Part shown: one piece after another, positions 40,957 to 54,771 of the stretch | How positions within the stretch are numbered: the stretch's first letter is position 1 | Layout: every line of letters starts with the position of its first letter | Assembly (NCBI RefSeq): GCF_020745735.1 | Contig: NC_083415.1 | Span: forward strand, 9,999,731 to 10,063,730 | Direction of reading: 5' to 3' | Length of the DNA stretch: 64,000 nt | Source: Hemiscyllium ocellatum | Taxonomy: Eukaryota | Notes under the pieces: generated by a model | What the model was told of the DNA's origin: nothing | Database searches by the model: none | Seen by the model: only the letters and a program-made list of their open reading frames with translations | Made by a program: the position numbers and the translations under genes

Positions 40957-41929
40957 TATTAGTGAGTATTCTTGAAAATGATCACAATTTATGTGGTGTT
41001 TTTATATAGTACCGGTGAAGGTAGTAATTTTTTTTAACAGTTCCAAAAATTTGCACCTATTAATCCTGCCAAAAGCTGGTAAACTCTGGATAGGCACGTG
41101 AAACATGGATCATCTAGTATGTGGCAGAATGAGAAAGTAAAAAACCAGTCATGAATCATAGAGGATGCTTTTCACCATTAGAATTAGTTATAGAGCATGC
41201 TTTCACAAGACATGAGCAACCCGATGATATCCAAAGGATAGCTTGTCTGTGTCGAGATTAAATGGAAAAAAATCTGACTGATAATTCTTCACAGATCACT
41301 AATCCCATGCCAGATGTTTGACTAACTTAACCCAGCAGTTTCATCAATACCCTTTATAAGAAAGCAATACTGCTTGTCCAGTTCACGTTGACCCAGAAAG
41401 CCAAGTTGCCCGAGTTGTGGGATTGGCATCTACCACTCAGTTCCTTCATCTTCTAGGGGCTGCGTCCTGCCTGTCTGTGGTGCCCAGGGCTCTGTGGCAT
41501 CATCCAGCCAGATTCCTGAACCAGGGAGGGATTTCTTTTTTTGTCCAGCTCACTTATGATCAGAAGCAGCAATTCCTGGAGATGTGTACCCGATATCCAG
41601 GAAATATTATGGCATTTACATTCTGCACAACTCTCAAGTTCCTCAAAAGTTCATTATCTTCAGAACAGGCTATTGGGTGACAAGGCATACTACAGAAGGC
41701 ATGGCTAATTACCATGGTAGAAAACCCTCAGAATTGCATCACGATAGTGCTGTTCATGCATATACTAGGCCATTATTGTACAAAAAATTTATCTTTTGAA
41801 GATGTGCTTCCATTGTCTAAACTGGTTGGGAGGACCATTGTTTGCTGCTCCCCATGCAACCCTACTCTTTGATGGGGTAAAATATTAAAGGGGGAGATGG
41901 CTGGCTGTGGGACGGTCACAGTTGTGCTT

Positions 41930-44410
41930 GGAGATGTTCTGCAAAGCGGTCACCTAGTCTGTGTTTGGTTTCTCCAGTGTAGAGTAAGCTACATTTGGTG
42001 CAGTGAATACAATACACAAGATTGAAGGAGGTACAGGTTAAATCCTGCTTCAACTGGAAAGACTGTTTAGGCCCTTGGATAGTGAGCAGGGAGAAGATGA
42101 AAGGGCAGGTGTTGCACCGTCTTCATTTATGTGGAAAGGCGTCATGGGAAAAGGGGTGGTGCTGGTAGTCATGGAATGATTTGGGGTTCAGATTACTTAC
42201 AGTGTGGAAAGGGGCCCTTCAGCCCAACAAGTCCACATCGACCCTCCAAAGAACAACCCACCCAGACCAATTCCCCTACATTAACCCCTTCACCTAACAT
42301 TACGGGCAATTTAGCATGGCCAATTCACCTATCCTGCACATTTCTAGACTCTGGAGGAAACTGGAGCACGCAGGGAGAATGTGCAAACTCCACATAGACA
42401 GTTGCCTGAGGGAAGAAATTGAACCCGGGTCTCTGGCACTGTGAGGCAGCAGTGCTAGCCAACGTGCCACCAACAAAATCTTTAGATAGGTTTACAAACA
42501 AGCGATCGGGTTGGAGGCTGGGTTTAATTCTAGCTGATGTTTTATTCAGCTATTTATACAATCCTTGTAGGGTGGAAGCAAGCTGTTCAGCTTTTACCCA
42601 TACTCACCTCATCCCAGAGAGGATGATCCATGCGAAATGCAGAAGGGGATGTGAGGAGAAGGTGTGTTTAGTGGTGGCATTCTGTTGGAATTGTCTGAAA
42701 TGGCTGAGAATGGCCCTTTGAATGTGGAGACTGGTGGGATGAAAAGTGAGGGCAAGGAGGACCTGATCACACTGTTGTGAGTGATGGAAAGGAGCAAGTC
42801 AGAAGCACAGGTGATAGATCGGATGTGGTTGAAGGCCGTGTCAATCACATTGAGTGGGAAACCATGGTCATGGAAGAAGCAAGCCATGTCAACAGCACTG
42901 TTTTGGAAGGTGTCATCATCGGAACAGATGTGACGTAGGTGAAGGAACTGGGAGAATGGGATGGAGTTCTTGCAGGACGTGGGGTGTGAGGAGCTGTAGT
43001 GAAGGTATCTGTGGGAGTCAGTGGTTTTATAGTGGATGGCAGTGGACAGTTTATTCCCTGAAACGGAGACAGAGAAATCAAGGAAAGGAAGGGGAGCGTC
43101 AAAAATGGATAATGCACAAGTTATAGAGGCGTGAAAATTTGAGGCAAAATGAACAAATTCTTCAGGGTCCTGGCGGGAGCATGAAGCATCACTGAAGCAG
43201 TCGTAGATGGAGCAAAAGAAGAGCTGTGGGAGGGGACTAGTATAGAACTGGAACAAGGAGACAGGCATAACTGGGACCCATGTGGGTGCCCAAAGCCACT
43301 CCTTTAAATTGGCAGAAGTGAGATGAGTTAAAGGAGAAATTGTTCAGTGAGAAAACAAGTTCAGCCAGGCAGAGGAGATTGGCAATAGATGGGGAGTGTC
43401 CAGGCCTCTTGTCGAAGAAGAAGCACAGACTGTCCTAGTAGGGGATGGAGTGTAAACCCTGTGGTGAACAGGAGGCAGTTAGGGCCAGGGAAATATTCAT
43501 GCAGAGGATGGTGCGTGTATGGAATTAGCTGCCAGAAGATGTGGTGGAGGTTGGTACAATTACAACATTTAAATGGTATCTGGATGGGTTTAGAAGGATA
43601 TGAGCCAAATGAGACTAGATTTATGTAGGATATCTTGTCAGCATGGATGAGGCAGACCGAAGGGTCTGTTCTGTGCTATATATCTCTATAACTCTATGAC
43701 TCTAACTGGAAATTGTCAATATGGCGGAGGACATCAGAGGAATTGCGGAACTAGGTGGGCAGGGTTTGGACAAGCGGAGAGAGGAAATGGGCTTGGTGGG
43801 GCAGGAACAGACTGTTACGATGGGCCTACGGGGGCAGTCTGGCTTGTCGATTTTAGGAAGGGGGAGAAGTGAACTGACTGGAATTGAGCGACTACAAAGT
43901 TGGAGGAAGATCTCGGAAAGTAAGGAGAGTGGTGACAGTCCTGGCAACAATGGCTTGATGTTTGGATGTGAGAAAGTATCCGAGAGTTGCCTTTAAGTCT
44001 CTGCAAAGTAAAGATCAGTGCACCAGATTACACCAGCACCATGTCTTTTGGCAGGTTTGTTAAGAAAGTTAAGGTTGGTCCTGAGAGAGAACAGTGTGGC
44101 AATTTCAGAAGGAGACAGATTAAAGTGGGTGAGAGAAGCAGAGAAATTGAGACAGCTGAGGTCATGTCAGCAGTTTGCAATGAAGATATTGAGGGCAGGT
44201 AAGAGATCAGAGAAGGGTCCCAAGTGGAGAGTAAATACTTGAGGTGGGTGAAAGGGATCAGTGGAATGCGGGTGGGGGTTGCGGGTTGGAAGGCCCCTGC
44301 CCAATAAAGTGAACACGGAGATGAAAGGGCTGGGGCAAACAGTTCAACATCATGGTGTGCTGAAAATTCATTGAGGAGGAGGTATAAAGGTGTGAAGCCT
44401 AGTTCTTTTC
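41930..44410 (-). mobile_element. Decayed Penelope-like element (RT plus GIY-YIG), interrupted by a SINE and a CR1
   Basis: LPKIDKPDCPRRPIV, LPFLDFSVS..YKTTDSHRYLHYSSSHP..SIPFSQFL..ICSD motifs. Confidence 0.85.
42188..42472 (-). mobile_element. HE1-type SINE
   Basis: Reverse complement of the 23807 SINE, including the tRNA-like head. Confidence 0.8.
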
Positions 44411-44545
44411 TGGGAATGACCTTGTGACTGTCAACAGATGTTAATACAATTGTGATCCAATTATGTCACAGAAGCATTCCACTCTTCAATGGAATGCTTG
44501 CTTTCTATCTTTAAAAAGATTAAAGTACACTGTTTTCATTATAAG

Positions 44546-44742
44546 GAGAAAGTGAGGACTGCAGGTGCTGGAGATCAGAGTCGAGAGTGTGGTGCTTGAA
44601 AAGCAGAGCAGGTCAAGCAGCATCCGAGGAGCGGGAGAATTGATGTTTCGGGCAAGAGCCCATCCTGCCGGAAACATTGATTCTCTTGCTCCTCAGATGC
44701 TGCCTGACCTACTGTGCTTTTCCAGCCTTACACTCTCGACTG
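44546..44742 (-). mobile_element. Mini Penelope-derived fold-back insertion with about 15-bp TSD
   Basis: TSD tgttttcatt(a/g)taag at 44531-44545 and 44743-44757; inverted gtcgagagtgt / acactctcgac. Confidence 0.85.
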
Positions 44743-46899
44743 TGTTTTCATTGTAAGTTAATTCATTCCCCTTGCATCAATAAATTCCTGCTCTGCATCC
44801 TGTCCACAGCATCATAATGGAGCTATGCAGGATTACGTGCAGGCTGTGCTTATATGAATCGAATTTCAATTTGCAAGGGGCATTGATCTTTTAGAGAAGT
44901 AGGACTATACTTTGTTGATTGACTCCTGAAACCTACCCAGCTTAAGTTCCTGCTTTCTAGAGGTTACGTTCTTCTCAGAGGGTGGCGAATCGGTTCAGTG
45001 CTATTTACACTGCTCCATATAATCCATACTTGACTGTGTATGGAAATCACTGCCCATCAAGGTAGTCTACAAGAAAAACATAACCAGAAGACATATACAA
45101 CTGAAAGAGACCACAGGACTATCGAACAATGTGCTATATTTGTGCCAAGTTTTAGCTTGTACAGAAGATTGACACTTGTGCATCCAAAATGCCTTTGCCT
45201 TGGTGCCACCTTCGCAGCCACACCTGAGTTTGAAGAGGTCTGCTGACTGTTTTGTTGGCTTGCCTCAGATGACTTTGGTGGGCATACACTGGTGCAGGTA
45301 TAACCTCCTTGGCCTGATCTGATAGAAGAGTCTGGGTTCCTGGCCGAGGTGAGATAGTGTAGCAGACCACCTCTGGATTATCCTGAAATGACAGTCCCTA
45401 AATGCCTGTCTTTTGCTCCTTTTACCTGCTAGAGCACAATGGCATTTTCTTGCCCTTCAAGGAGGTGGTTACCTGGAGGGAGGTCAAGATCCCTCAGCCC
45501 ACTGTTGTCTAGCCAGTGGATGAATGTATGCATAGCTCTCGCTATACTGTGAAGGTCCTTGCACATATCCATCAAATACTGATTGTTCTGCTAGACCGAT
45601 CTCTTCATGGTGGCCATCACTATTCCATGGAGGTAGCCCAAAGCCACGTAAGACAAAACCTGAGCAGGCTCCTTGGCCCTTCACTGTAGTCTGTGCATGA
45701 TTTCTATCACCGCTGCCAGATGTTCACCTCCTTGCTTATGCATATCCATCAGCTCAGTAATTGCTGAGTTCGGGGGCTCTTATTCTGTGCTGTACTCCAC
45801 TAGTTTTCTGAGTATCAGAAACCTCACCTGTCTCTTCGTCCTCAGTTTACAGGCCCATGTCAATGCTGTGCTCACCACAATGTGACTCCAAGCTTTGTTA
45901 CATAGATTACCCACTGAAGTGAATGTTTCTGCACTGGTGGAGGTTGGTGGCATCCTGTTGGAGATAGCAAAAATGACAGTGTATGATGCTTTGAATGCAG
46001 AGCCAGGTGAATGGGGGGGGGGGGCTTTCTCCCAGTTCTCTGTCCATCTCATTTGTTCTGATGATCCTATTTCTTTTACATTAGATGGGCACAATCAGAC
46101 AAATAAACTACCCTAGTGATTAAATTGATCGTATTTCAGACTTGTAATGACTTGTGGAATAGTGAGGCTTGATTTGCAGTACACTATTCCCACTAGGGTT
46201 CTACCTCTGTGCATGCATATGTAATTGCCCAATAAAATGTGACCTATCTGAGTGGAAATATGTTGCAATTTAAGCTTGACTCCACTAAAAAACTAAAGAT
46301 TCTGTTCATTGTTTCTGAACCAGCAATCTGAAAATAGAATGTTATTTTATTCAATAGGTTTTAGTAAGGCAGTTTTAGAATTACGTTTGCAGGTGACCAT
46401 TAAATCCCATGCTTCAAGAAGAGAAAGCATCAGTACTATATTAGAAAAAAGCCTTGATTATATTGGTTAGCACAGGGTTAAGGTTTGTTATAGGGTACAA
46501 ATTTATAATGAAGTAACAAATCAGCTCTATCATTATAATGCATTAACAAGGTGGAGAAAATGAACCACAAGGAACAGCTATTAATGGTAATAACATTAAG
46601 CAAACAGTTTTGAATGTTTATTTGTTAATTTTAAAGTCACATTGAAATTCTGTTTCTTTTGCTTAATAGTGAAACAGTTGTGAGCAATTTTTGACAGTCA
46701 TGCATGCAGCTTAGGAAACTTAACAAAAACTGATGGATCCAAACAGTCTTTGCAACAAATTTTGTAACAGGGGACTACAAGAGTTTGGACTCAATAAATA
46801 GCAGGGCAGTGGCTTGTCATAAATTCAGATACAAATATTATCCAGCTTGCCAATATTTTTACAACAGGGGAATAATACTTGGCTCTAATTTTTATAAGA

Positions 46900-48630
46900 A
46901 GAATTAAATCTGCAATACTGTGCAGTTTTGTTCAGTCTGAAGAAGCCTGCTTTGAAGGCAATACAGTGAAGTTTCATTAAATTGGTTCTTGGAATCTAGT
47001 TTTTTTTATGTTGAGGGAGACTAAGTAAATTGGGCCTTCTCTGAAATTCAGAAGAATGCAAGTGATCTCTACGAAACATTCAAGATTCTGATGGGACTTG
47101 AATGAGTAGAAACTGAGACATTGATTCCCCATGAAGAAGAGCCATGGCTGAGTCTGAGAGGCTTGGCAACCGTTAGTGGTTCCCGAAGGTTGGCAGAACC
47201 CAAATTGAAGAGAAAGAAGAAATATTAAGCACAGGGGACAGCATTAGGATAAGGAGCTGATCTTCTAAGGACAAATCTCAGAAATTATATCACTCAAATA
47301 ACTGTGAACCTTCGGAATTCTCAAGCCCTACAGGTCGTGGATATTCCATTACTGAGTACATTTAAGACCAGGCTAGATAGATTTTTGGTCTCTTAGGAAT
47401 GGATTGAAAATCTCAAGATTGTATTGAATGGTGAAACAGGCTCAATGGGCCATATTTCAACCATGAAAAGGTGTGAGGTGATGCTCTATGGACGTCTAAA
47501 AAATCAAGGGATTATGCATAGTTGGATTCTGGAAATATTGAAGATTGGAGGAACTTTGGTGGATATGTTCACAGATACCTAAACGTAGCAAGGTAGGTAG
47601 ACAAAGTGGTTATGAAGGCATATCTATATTAGTTAAGGCATAGACTACAGTAGCAATGAGGCCATGCTGGAACGGTGTAAACCACTGATTAGGGTACAAT
47701 TGGTATATGTAGTTCTAGTCACCACAATTTAAGAAGGATACGACTGCATAAGAGAGACTGCAGAGGAGATTTACCAGGATGCTGCTTGAGCAGGAGCAGC
47801 TGAGGAAAGTGAAAGTTTGGAAAGGATAGAACATAGAACAATACAGTGCAGAACAGACCTTTCAGCCCTCTCTGTTGCGCCAGCCTGTGAACTAATCTAA
47901 GCCCATCTCTGTACACTATCCTATCATCATCCATATGCTTATCTAAGGACTGTTTAAATGTCCCAAAGTGGCTGAGTTAAGTACATTGGCAGGCAGGGCA
48001 TTCCACGTCCTTTCCACTCTGAGTAAAGAACCTGCTTCTGACATCTGTCTTAAATCTATCACCCATCAATTTGCAACTATGCCTCCATTGTACAAGCCAA
48101 TGTCATCATCCTAGGTAAAAGACTCTCACTGTCCAGTCTGTCTAATCCTCTGATCATCTTGTATGTCATTAATAAATCCCCTCTTAGCCTTCTTCTCTCC
48201 AATGAAAACAGACCCAAAACCCTCAGCCTTTCCTCATAAGACCTTCCCTCCAGACCAACCAACATCCTGGTAAATCTCGTTTAGGTGAATAAAATTGAGG
48301 GCTACACAAAGCGTAGTTAGGGTGGCAGTTTTTTTTCTGTTGGTGGAGAGATGAATAGCATGGGCATGAATTTAAGGTAAAAGATAGAGGCTAAATGAAG
48401 AGTAGACAAGAAAATGTTTCATTGAGAGGGTGGTGGAAGTCTGGAACACACTGCCTGAAAGGGTGGTTGAGTCAGTAATATTTGAACAGTACTTAGATGT
48501 ACATTGCTTTGTTATCATTTCTAGGGCGATGGTCCAAAAGTATAAAAATGGGATTAGTGTAGCTAGATCTTTTTCACTAATCCTGAAACAATGGGCCAAA
48601 TGCAGTTGTGCTGTAAATATCTTAGAGTTC
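46900..48630. mobile_element. Cluster of CR1 3' fragments (plus strand, with a younger minus-strand copy at about 47826-48280)
   Basis: Peptide GLEGRSYEERLRVLGLFSLERRRLRGDL; atagaac tail repeats. Confidence 0.7.
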
Positions 48631-49248
48631 TTGTGAAATACTTTGACAGTTCCATAATAGTTCTACAACATGTAACTGAACTGTTTACCTTGGTATGGTT
48701 ACTAAGTCTATACAAGCTTAGCTGATCCCAATTGGTAGATTTTGGAATCTCCATTTGGTCTCAAAGCTTAGTGGTGGGCAAGAAATATTAGCCATTGTGT
48801 CCCTGCATCATTATCCTGTGACAGATTTCAGATTACACCTGTCTGTGATGTCCTGTGTAGCTGCATGGCTTTGGTATAAATTGTAGCTAAGAAGTGGTAG
48901 CTGAAAAGGGCATTCATTTAGATGTCACCTAAAAATGTTCAGCCCTGCTGGATGTGATACCCAACATCCAAGTTTAGATCAGGCCCAATGAATAAGCTCC
49001 AAAATGGCCTGGCATTAGTTTTACTTAAAGGGCTAGGCACACTTATTATAGGCATGGTAATTTTGAATAAAGTTCGCCTGTAAATTCTCATGAACTATTT
49101 CAGGAGTGATTTTGAAAGTTTAGTGTTTAGTTTTGGAAAAGATTGGTGTTACATCCTCACCAGGAGGCCACAACAGGTTTCTATGGCTTCTTGGTCTTCA
49201 ACATGGCAGGCAAATGGAGCAAGGGATATAGAGAAGCTAAGTTATGCA

Positions 49249-49629
49249 TGAAATAACTCCAGAGAGACTAGTCTCCTATCACTAACTCACCCGGTAATTA
49301 CACACACAGAGTCTTTGACACTGATTGAGCTCCCTCAGAACCAGCTCTCAGAGTGAACATGATCTCACACTCCTGTTTTTTTTTATTTTAACAAATTTTT
49401 CTAATCAACCTATTTAGAGATGTTACTCCACCCCTCTGGAGCAGGTGGGACTTGAACTCGTGCCTTTCAGTTCAGGGGTACGAATGCTACCACTGTGCCA
49501 CAAAATGGCCCCAGCATTCCTGTTCTTGACTGACAGCCAAGGCTCCTTGATTGGATCAAATTAACATCCCCAATCAAGGAGCTCATATTCTATGAGGTCC
49601 AGCTGGCTGACCTCATTGCAATCACTACA
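49249..49629 (-). repeat. Gypsy 3' LTR (interrupted by a SINE)
   Basis: Aligns with 53726-54528 (aaataactcc..cagccaaggctcct..ccccaatca..actaca). Confidence 0.8.
49381..49512 (-). mobile_element. Short tRNA-derived SINE with A-rich tail
   Basis: Minus strand tggcacagtgg (A box), gagttcaagtccc (B box), A-rich tail; TSD-like cactcctgtt / cattcctgtt. Confidence 0.7.
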
Positions 49630-50976
49630 TTCCTCCTCCTCTGAGTTCGAGGACATTGGCCTTTTTTTGTGGTTCCTCATATGGTGTTTTAGAGCCGGGT
49701 CAGCTTCCTTCAACTCTGTCTCTGATATGAGTAATGTTTAACACAGTAGCTTGCCTCTTAGGACAGGAGCATCTCAGAAAAAATTCATTCTCTTCTTCAG
49801 GCAGCAAAGCCAATGAGGCCGTGTCCAAGTCAGATTCCAATGTATCTTCAACGCTTGACGGAGAGGGAGAACTCATGGGGTTCCGGAAAAGTCGGAAAGT
49901 TTGTTAAGGAGCTGGGTGCATTTTGCTCCTGCATCGTTTGCAAGTTTGCAGCTTTTGTATGATCCACATGTGTATTCAGGACTGTCATACCTACCTGAAC
50001 TTTAAACATCACTGCACCTGACCTTGTATCAACCGTACCAGTTGCCCATGGAAGACTATACCTATGGTTCTTACACAATACTTTGTCCCCTGATGTAAGT
50101 ATCTCTGTCACTTAGTGGAGTCTTGTGTCCAGCATTGGCATTCCTGATGCTGTTTCACCCTCATCCCCAGGTTCAGGAAGATCAGATGTAACCTGGTGTG
50201 GAGTCTTCTCCCCATTAGCAATTCTGCTGGAGCTATCCCCGTAGTTGCGTGAAGGGTGGTCCTATAACTAAATATGAACTGAAACAGTTTGGTGCCTAGT
50301 GAAGCTATATCTGTTTCTTTAAGCCTGCCTTCAAAGTTTGGACTGCTCTTTCCGCTGGACAATTGGAAGGTGGATGGTATGGAGCTGTCCTTATATGTTG
50401 AATTCCATTTGACATAAGGAAATATTCAAATTTCCTGCTGGTAAACAATAGCCTGTTATCTGTGACCAACACTCCCGCAAGTCTGTGTATTGCAAAGGTA
50501 CATGCAGCTTTTCTATTTTTGTCTCTGTGTTTGATGAGTGAACTCTGTGCATATCTAGCCACTTTGACTGGATGTCCGTAACAACGTAAGAGCATTTAGC
50601 TCATGAAAGGACCTGCTAGTCAACGTGTAACTGAGTCTAGGGTTTACCCATCCATTCCATAACTGTGGGGGGAACTGCTAGTAGTACTTTTTGTCCTTTG
50701 TTGGCACTCTGGGCACTGTCCAACCAATGCAGCTTTGTCTGCATCCAATCCTGGCCACCAGACATAACTTTTCACCAATATCTTCATTTGAAACCCCTTG
50801 ATGATCCTGGTGGAGTTCAGCCAGTATCTGGTAGTGTCTTTGCTTGGGACAATCATTTTGGCTCCCTATAATAATATGCTGTCCTTTACAGTGATCTGGT
50901 CTCTCTGGGTCCAAAAAGGTTTCAATTCTGGTTGTGACAACCCCTTGGTTTCCCCTGTCACCATCAGCTATTTTAA

Positions 50977-51923
50977 AACATAGAACATTCCAGTGCAGTA
51001 CAGACCCTTTGGCCCTCAATGTTGCATTGACCTGTGGAACCAATCTGAAGCCAGCACTATTCCATTTTCATCCATATCTTTTTCCAATGTCCATTTAAAT
51101 GCCCTTAAAGTTGGCGAGTCTACTACAATTGCAGGCAGGGCGTTCCATGCCCATATTACTTTGAGTAAAGGAACTACCTCTGACATCTGTCCTATATCTA
51201 TCACCCCTCAATTTAAAGGTATGTCCCCTTCTGCGACCTATCACTATCCGAGGAAAAAGGCTCTTACTGTCCACCCTCTGATTACCTTACAAGTCTCAAT
51301 TTAATCACCTCTTAACCTTCTTCTCGCTAACTAAAATAGCCCTAAGTCCCTCAGCTTTTCCTCATAAGACCTTCCCTCCATCCTAGTAAAAAGCCTCTCA
51401 ACCCTTTCCAAAGCTTCCACATTCTTCCTTTAATGCAGCGTCCAGAACTGTATGCAATACTCCAAGTGCAGCTGCACCAGAGTTTTGTATAGCTGCAACA
51501 TGTGGCTCCAAAAGTCAATCCATCTACCAATAAGAGCTAACATACCATATGTCTTCTAAACAACCCTATCAACCTGGGTGGCAACTTTCAAGGATCTATG
51601 TACATGGACACTGAGATCTCGCTGCTCACCTATATTGCCAAGAATATTACCATTAGCCCAGTACACTTTATTCCTGTTGCTCCTTCCTCATACTTTTCCA
51701 CATTAAACTCCATTTGCCATCTTTCAGCCCAGCTCTGCAGCTTATCTATGTCCCTCTGTAACCTGCACCATCCTTTTGGCACAATTCACAACTCCACCGA
51801 CTTCAGTGTCATCTGCAAATTTATTCACCCATCCTTCTACGCCCTCATCTGGGTCATTTATAAAAAATGACAAGCAGCAATGGACCCAAAACAGAACCTT
51901 GCTGGACACCACTGGTAACTGAA
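50977..51923 (-). mobile_element. CR1 fragment nested in Gypsy pol
   Basis: Peptides EGWVNKFADDTEVGG and WNALPAIVVDSPTLRAFK; similar to the 15726 element. Confidence 0.85.
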
Positions 51924-53725
51924 CTTTTACTTTTAGTTTTGCCAGATCTTTCTGAATGCAAAGTCTGATATTGTCAGCTGTGACTAGCGTGTCCAGAAAA
52001 TTTAAAACCATTACATATTCTTTCAGAGGTGGTATCTCTGTCAGTGGGAGGTGGCTCAATGCATCCACCAGGACAGTGCTCCAACTTGTAATTATATGCA
52101 CTTTAAATTCGAGCACACTGCTGAATTCAGCCTGAAGTTATGGGTGACACTGCCTTGTCCTCTTTAAGTAGACCTATGGGTATTAATTGTAGCATACCTT
52201 TGGGATCCTCATCTAATCGCAATTACAAGTATGCATGGCTCATGTCCAAATTCGTGAAGGACGACCCCCTTGCCAGCTTTGCATACAATGCAAGGGTATT
52301 TATCCAGCTGCAATAAATGGTTTACTTCTGTTTAAAATCCCCACAAAGGAAAAGCGATCTGTTGGGCTTCACAATGTGTACAACTTGTACTGCCCATTCT
52401 GCAGGCTGGTCTGGTTTGATCATTGCTTTCCAACCTTCTGATTTCTGCCTCTACTTTTGCCCGTAAGGCAAATGGCTCTGAGCTGGCCTTGTAGAATCCT
52501 GGAATTCCTTTCTGGTCAATATGCAAGGGCGGCTTTAGCTCTGTTGGTAGTGCCTAAAGCTTCCTGAAAACCTAGACCTTCCTGAAAAACTTGAAGATAT
52601 TTAATTAGGATTTCACTTAGGGAGCCATTTTCCAATCGAAAAATGTTGAGCCAATCTAGGTGAATCTTTCTCAACCAATTTCACCCCTTTAAGTTTGGGC
52701 CCAAACCTTTTACTATAATCCATGGTAACTGCACCAATCGCTTCTCATAAGAGACCAGAACTAAGGTGGTACCCTTAATCTGTAAAGGTTCCCTGGTATA
52801 GCTCCTCAGTCTAGCCGAGGTCTTGCACAAACATAAGGGTTGGAGTCCAGAACAAAATCTGTTACTGGTTCTGCAATCACTGAAACGGCCACACCAGCAT
52901 CAATCTCCATTAGAACCAGATGACCATTTAACCAGACATTTATTTTGATTGGTTTTGATTTGGATGTTGGTAAGCAATCTAACTGTTCCAAATCAGATAT
53001 AGGTCAACTTTCCAGTGTGTGCAGTTTCCTGGATAATGCCTGAAGAAAATTTTAACTGTTTGGCTGAGGCTTGGCTTTGTTTTGGGGTTTTGCTTGGGCT
53101 GACCTAGTATCCCTTCATTTAGGATATGTCCTGAGTGAGGCTATGCACTTACATCGGAATACCCTTAAACTTATAAGCTCCACTTGCTGCATTTTCTAGT
53201 GACAAAGTCACTTGTAGTGCCTGTTGAAGTCCAGTTGGGCTTCAGCTAGTTAGTGCTTTTGTATGGTCACATCATTAATCCAAGACACAAAACGGTCTCT
53301 CAACATCTCATTAAGGACTAGACCAAGTCATATGCCTCTGCTAATTGTCTTAACCTAGTCAAAAATTCCAATATGTTTCCCCTGGTTTTTGAATTATCGA
53401 GTAATACAGAATTAAAGGAGGCTTGGGTTCTAATATTCCTTAACTAAATCCATCAATTTTTGAAAGGTTTTAGCACCTGGTGCCTCAGGCTCCTAATAAC
53501 CAAAAAAGTTGCGGGTCCACAAGCTGTAAGGAGAATAATCTGTTGCTTTTCATCTGTTCCAATGTAATTTGCCAGGAAAAAATAACTTTCCTCATACTGG
53601 ACCCAGTCTTCAACAGCAGGATCAAATGAATCAAGTTTCCCAAATAATTGCATGACGTTAGAAATGCTCAAAGAAGGCTGTTAGGAGCGAATTTCATCAG
53701 GAGCATGCTTTTCTCTTGTCACCGC

Positions 53726-54528
53726 TAAAATAACTCCACAGAGGCCGGTATCCTGTCACCAAGTCTCCCTTTATTTACACATGGAAAATCCTTGACACTC
53801 ATCCAGTTCCCTCAGAGCGAAGTCTGACACTTTTCTTTCGTTTTTTTACAGTGAAGAACAACAAGTGCATAAACCTATATTTATATCCCACCACCAGGAA
53901 GAAACACCAGAGTTGCCAATGACAACCAGTACCCTTCTTGACAAAGGGCAATGCTGCGTGATCAAAAAGTGAAGGGGAGTGCAGGGATTAAATCAAAATA
54001 GAGTTGAAGGGGGAAATAAAACACACCACTCCCCATGATGCTGACCTCTCCCTGAACAGTTCCTTCTCCAGGAACACCCAGGCTTGAATGTAACCACGGA
54101 ACAGGCAATCGGCCCTAACAAACCCCTCCATGGCCCGCTCCCTGGACCTATTTCTGGCCAGTGAGACCCAGGAGCAGACCCACAAGGAGGTCCTCTGACC
54201 TACCCTCCCCCTCCACACCGGGTGCCCAAAGATCAGGAGTGTGGAGCTGAAGTGCAACTAAAAACAGAGGAGAGGATTTTTAAGAAAATCAAAAAAGGAA
54301 GGGCAAATGCCCACATCCAATATATACATGGTCCACGGACTCAACAGCATCATAGAACAAGCAGTTGGGCTGGGAGTCCGTGAAGCACCGCAATCTGTGG
54401 TTGCGGGGGAGACACTCCATATCTGTCAGCCAAGGCTCCTTAATTGGATCAGGTTAATTGGGCTTTCCCCAATCAGAGCATTTATATTCTTTGAGATCCA
54501 CCTGGCTGATGTCATTACAAATACTACA
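53726..54528 (-). repeat. Gypsy 5' LTR (interrupted by a Tx1-like LINE)
   Basis: Aligns with 49249-49629. Confidence 0.8.
53830..54410 (-). mobile_element. Tx1-like (L1 clade) LINE 3' end
   Basis: Minus strand ESVDHVYIGC zinc-binding segment, LHFSSTLLIFGHPV..DCLFRGYIQAWVFLEKE..CFISP.NSILI stop, then 3' UTR and A-tail. Confidence 0.7.
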
Positions 54529-54771
54529 CTGCACAATGTCCACCACAAGTTGAAGCCAGACTCTTACATGCTCCTTGGCAATGACAGGAAGCTGTATGGC
54601 AGACCAGCTAATACATCCAGCAACTCAGTGGCATGCATTAGTGCTCTTCTGTGTTGAGGTCCTCACCTGCATTGTCTGCAGCAAAACCGGTTAGTGACTT
54701 CACCATCTGGTGGTTTGATACAAGAGTTATTATTTACTCCTGATATGATTGTAGCTCAATAATTAACCATT

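Larger units (their letters stand above)
49249..54528 (-). mobile_element. Decayed Gypsy/Ty3 (Mag-like) LTR retrotransposon with both LTRs
   Basis: gag FGKLDSFDPAVEDWVQY, protease MEIDAG, RT start, integrase SYVWWPGLD..CPECQ and TDN..YHPPSN..AERAVQ; LTRs begin TGTAGT (54528, 49629); PPT at 49630-49642; decayed PBS near 53715; TSD atgca/ctgca. Confidence 0.88.

Noticed and set aside
44790-45880. Possible decayed transposon accessory gene or exons of another host gene
   Set aside because: Coding-like composition but no recognisable motif or consistent splice-bounded frame; needs a homology search
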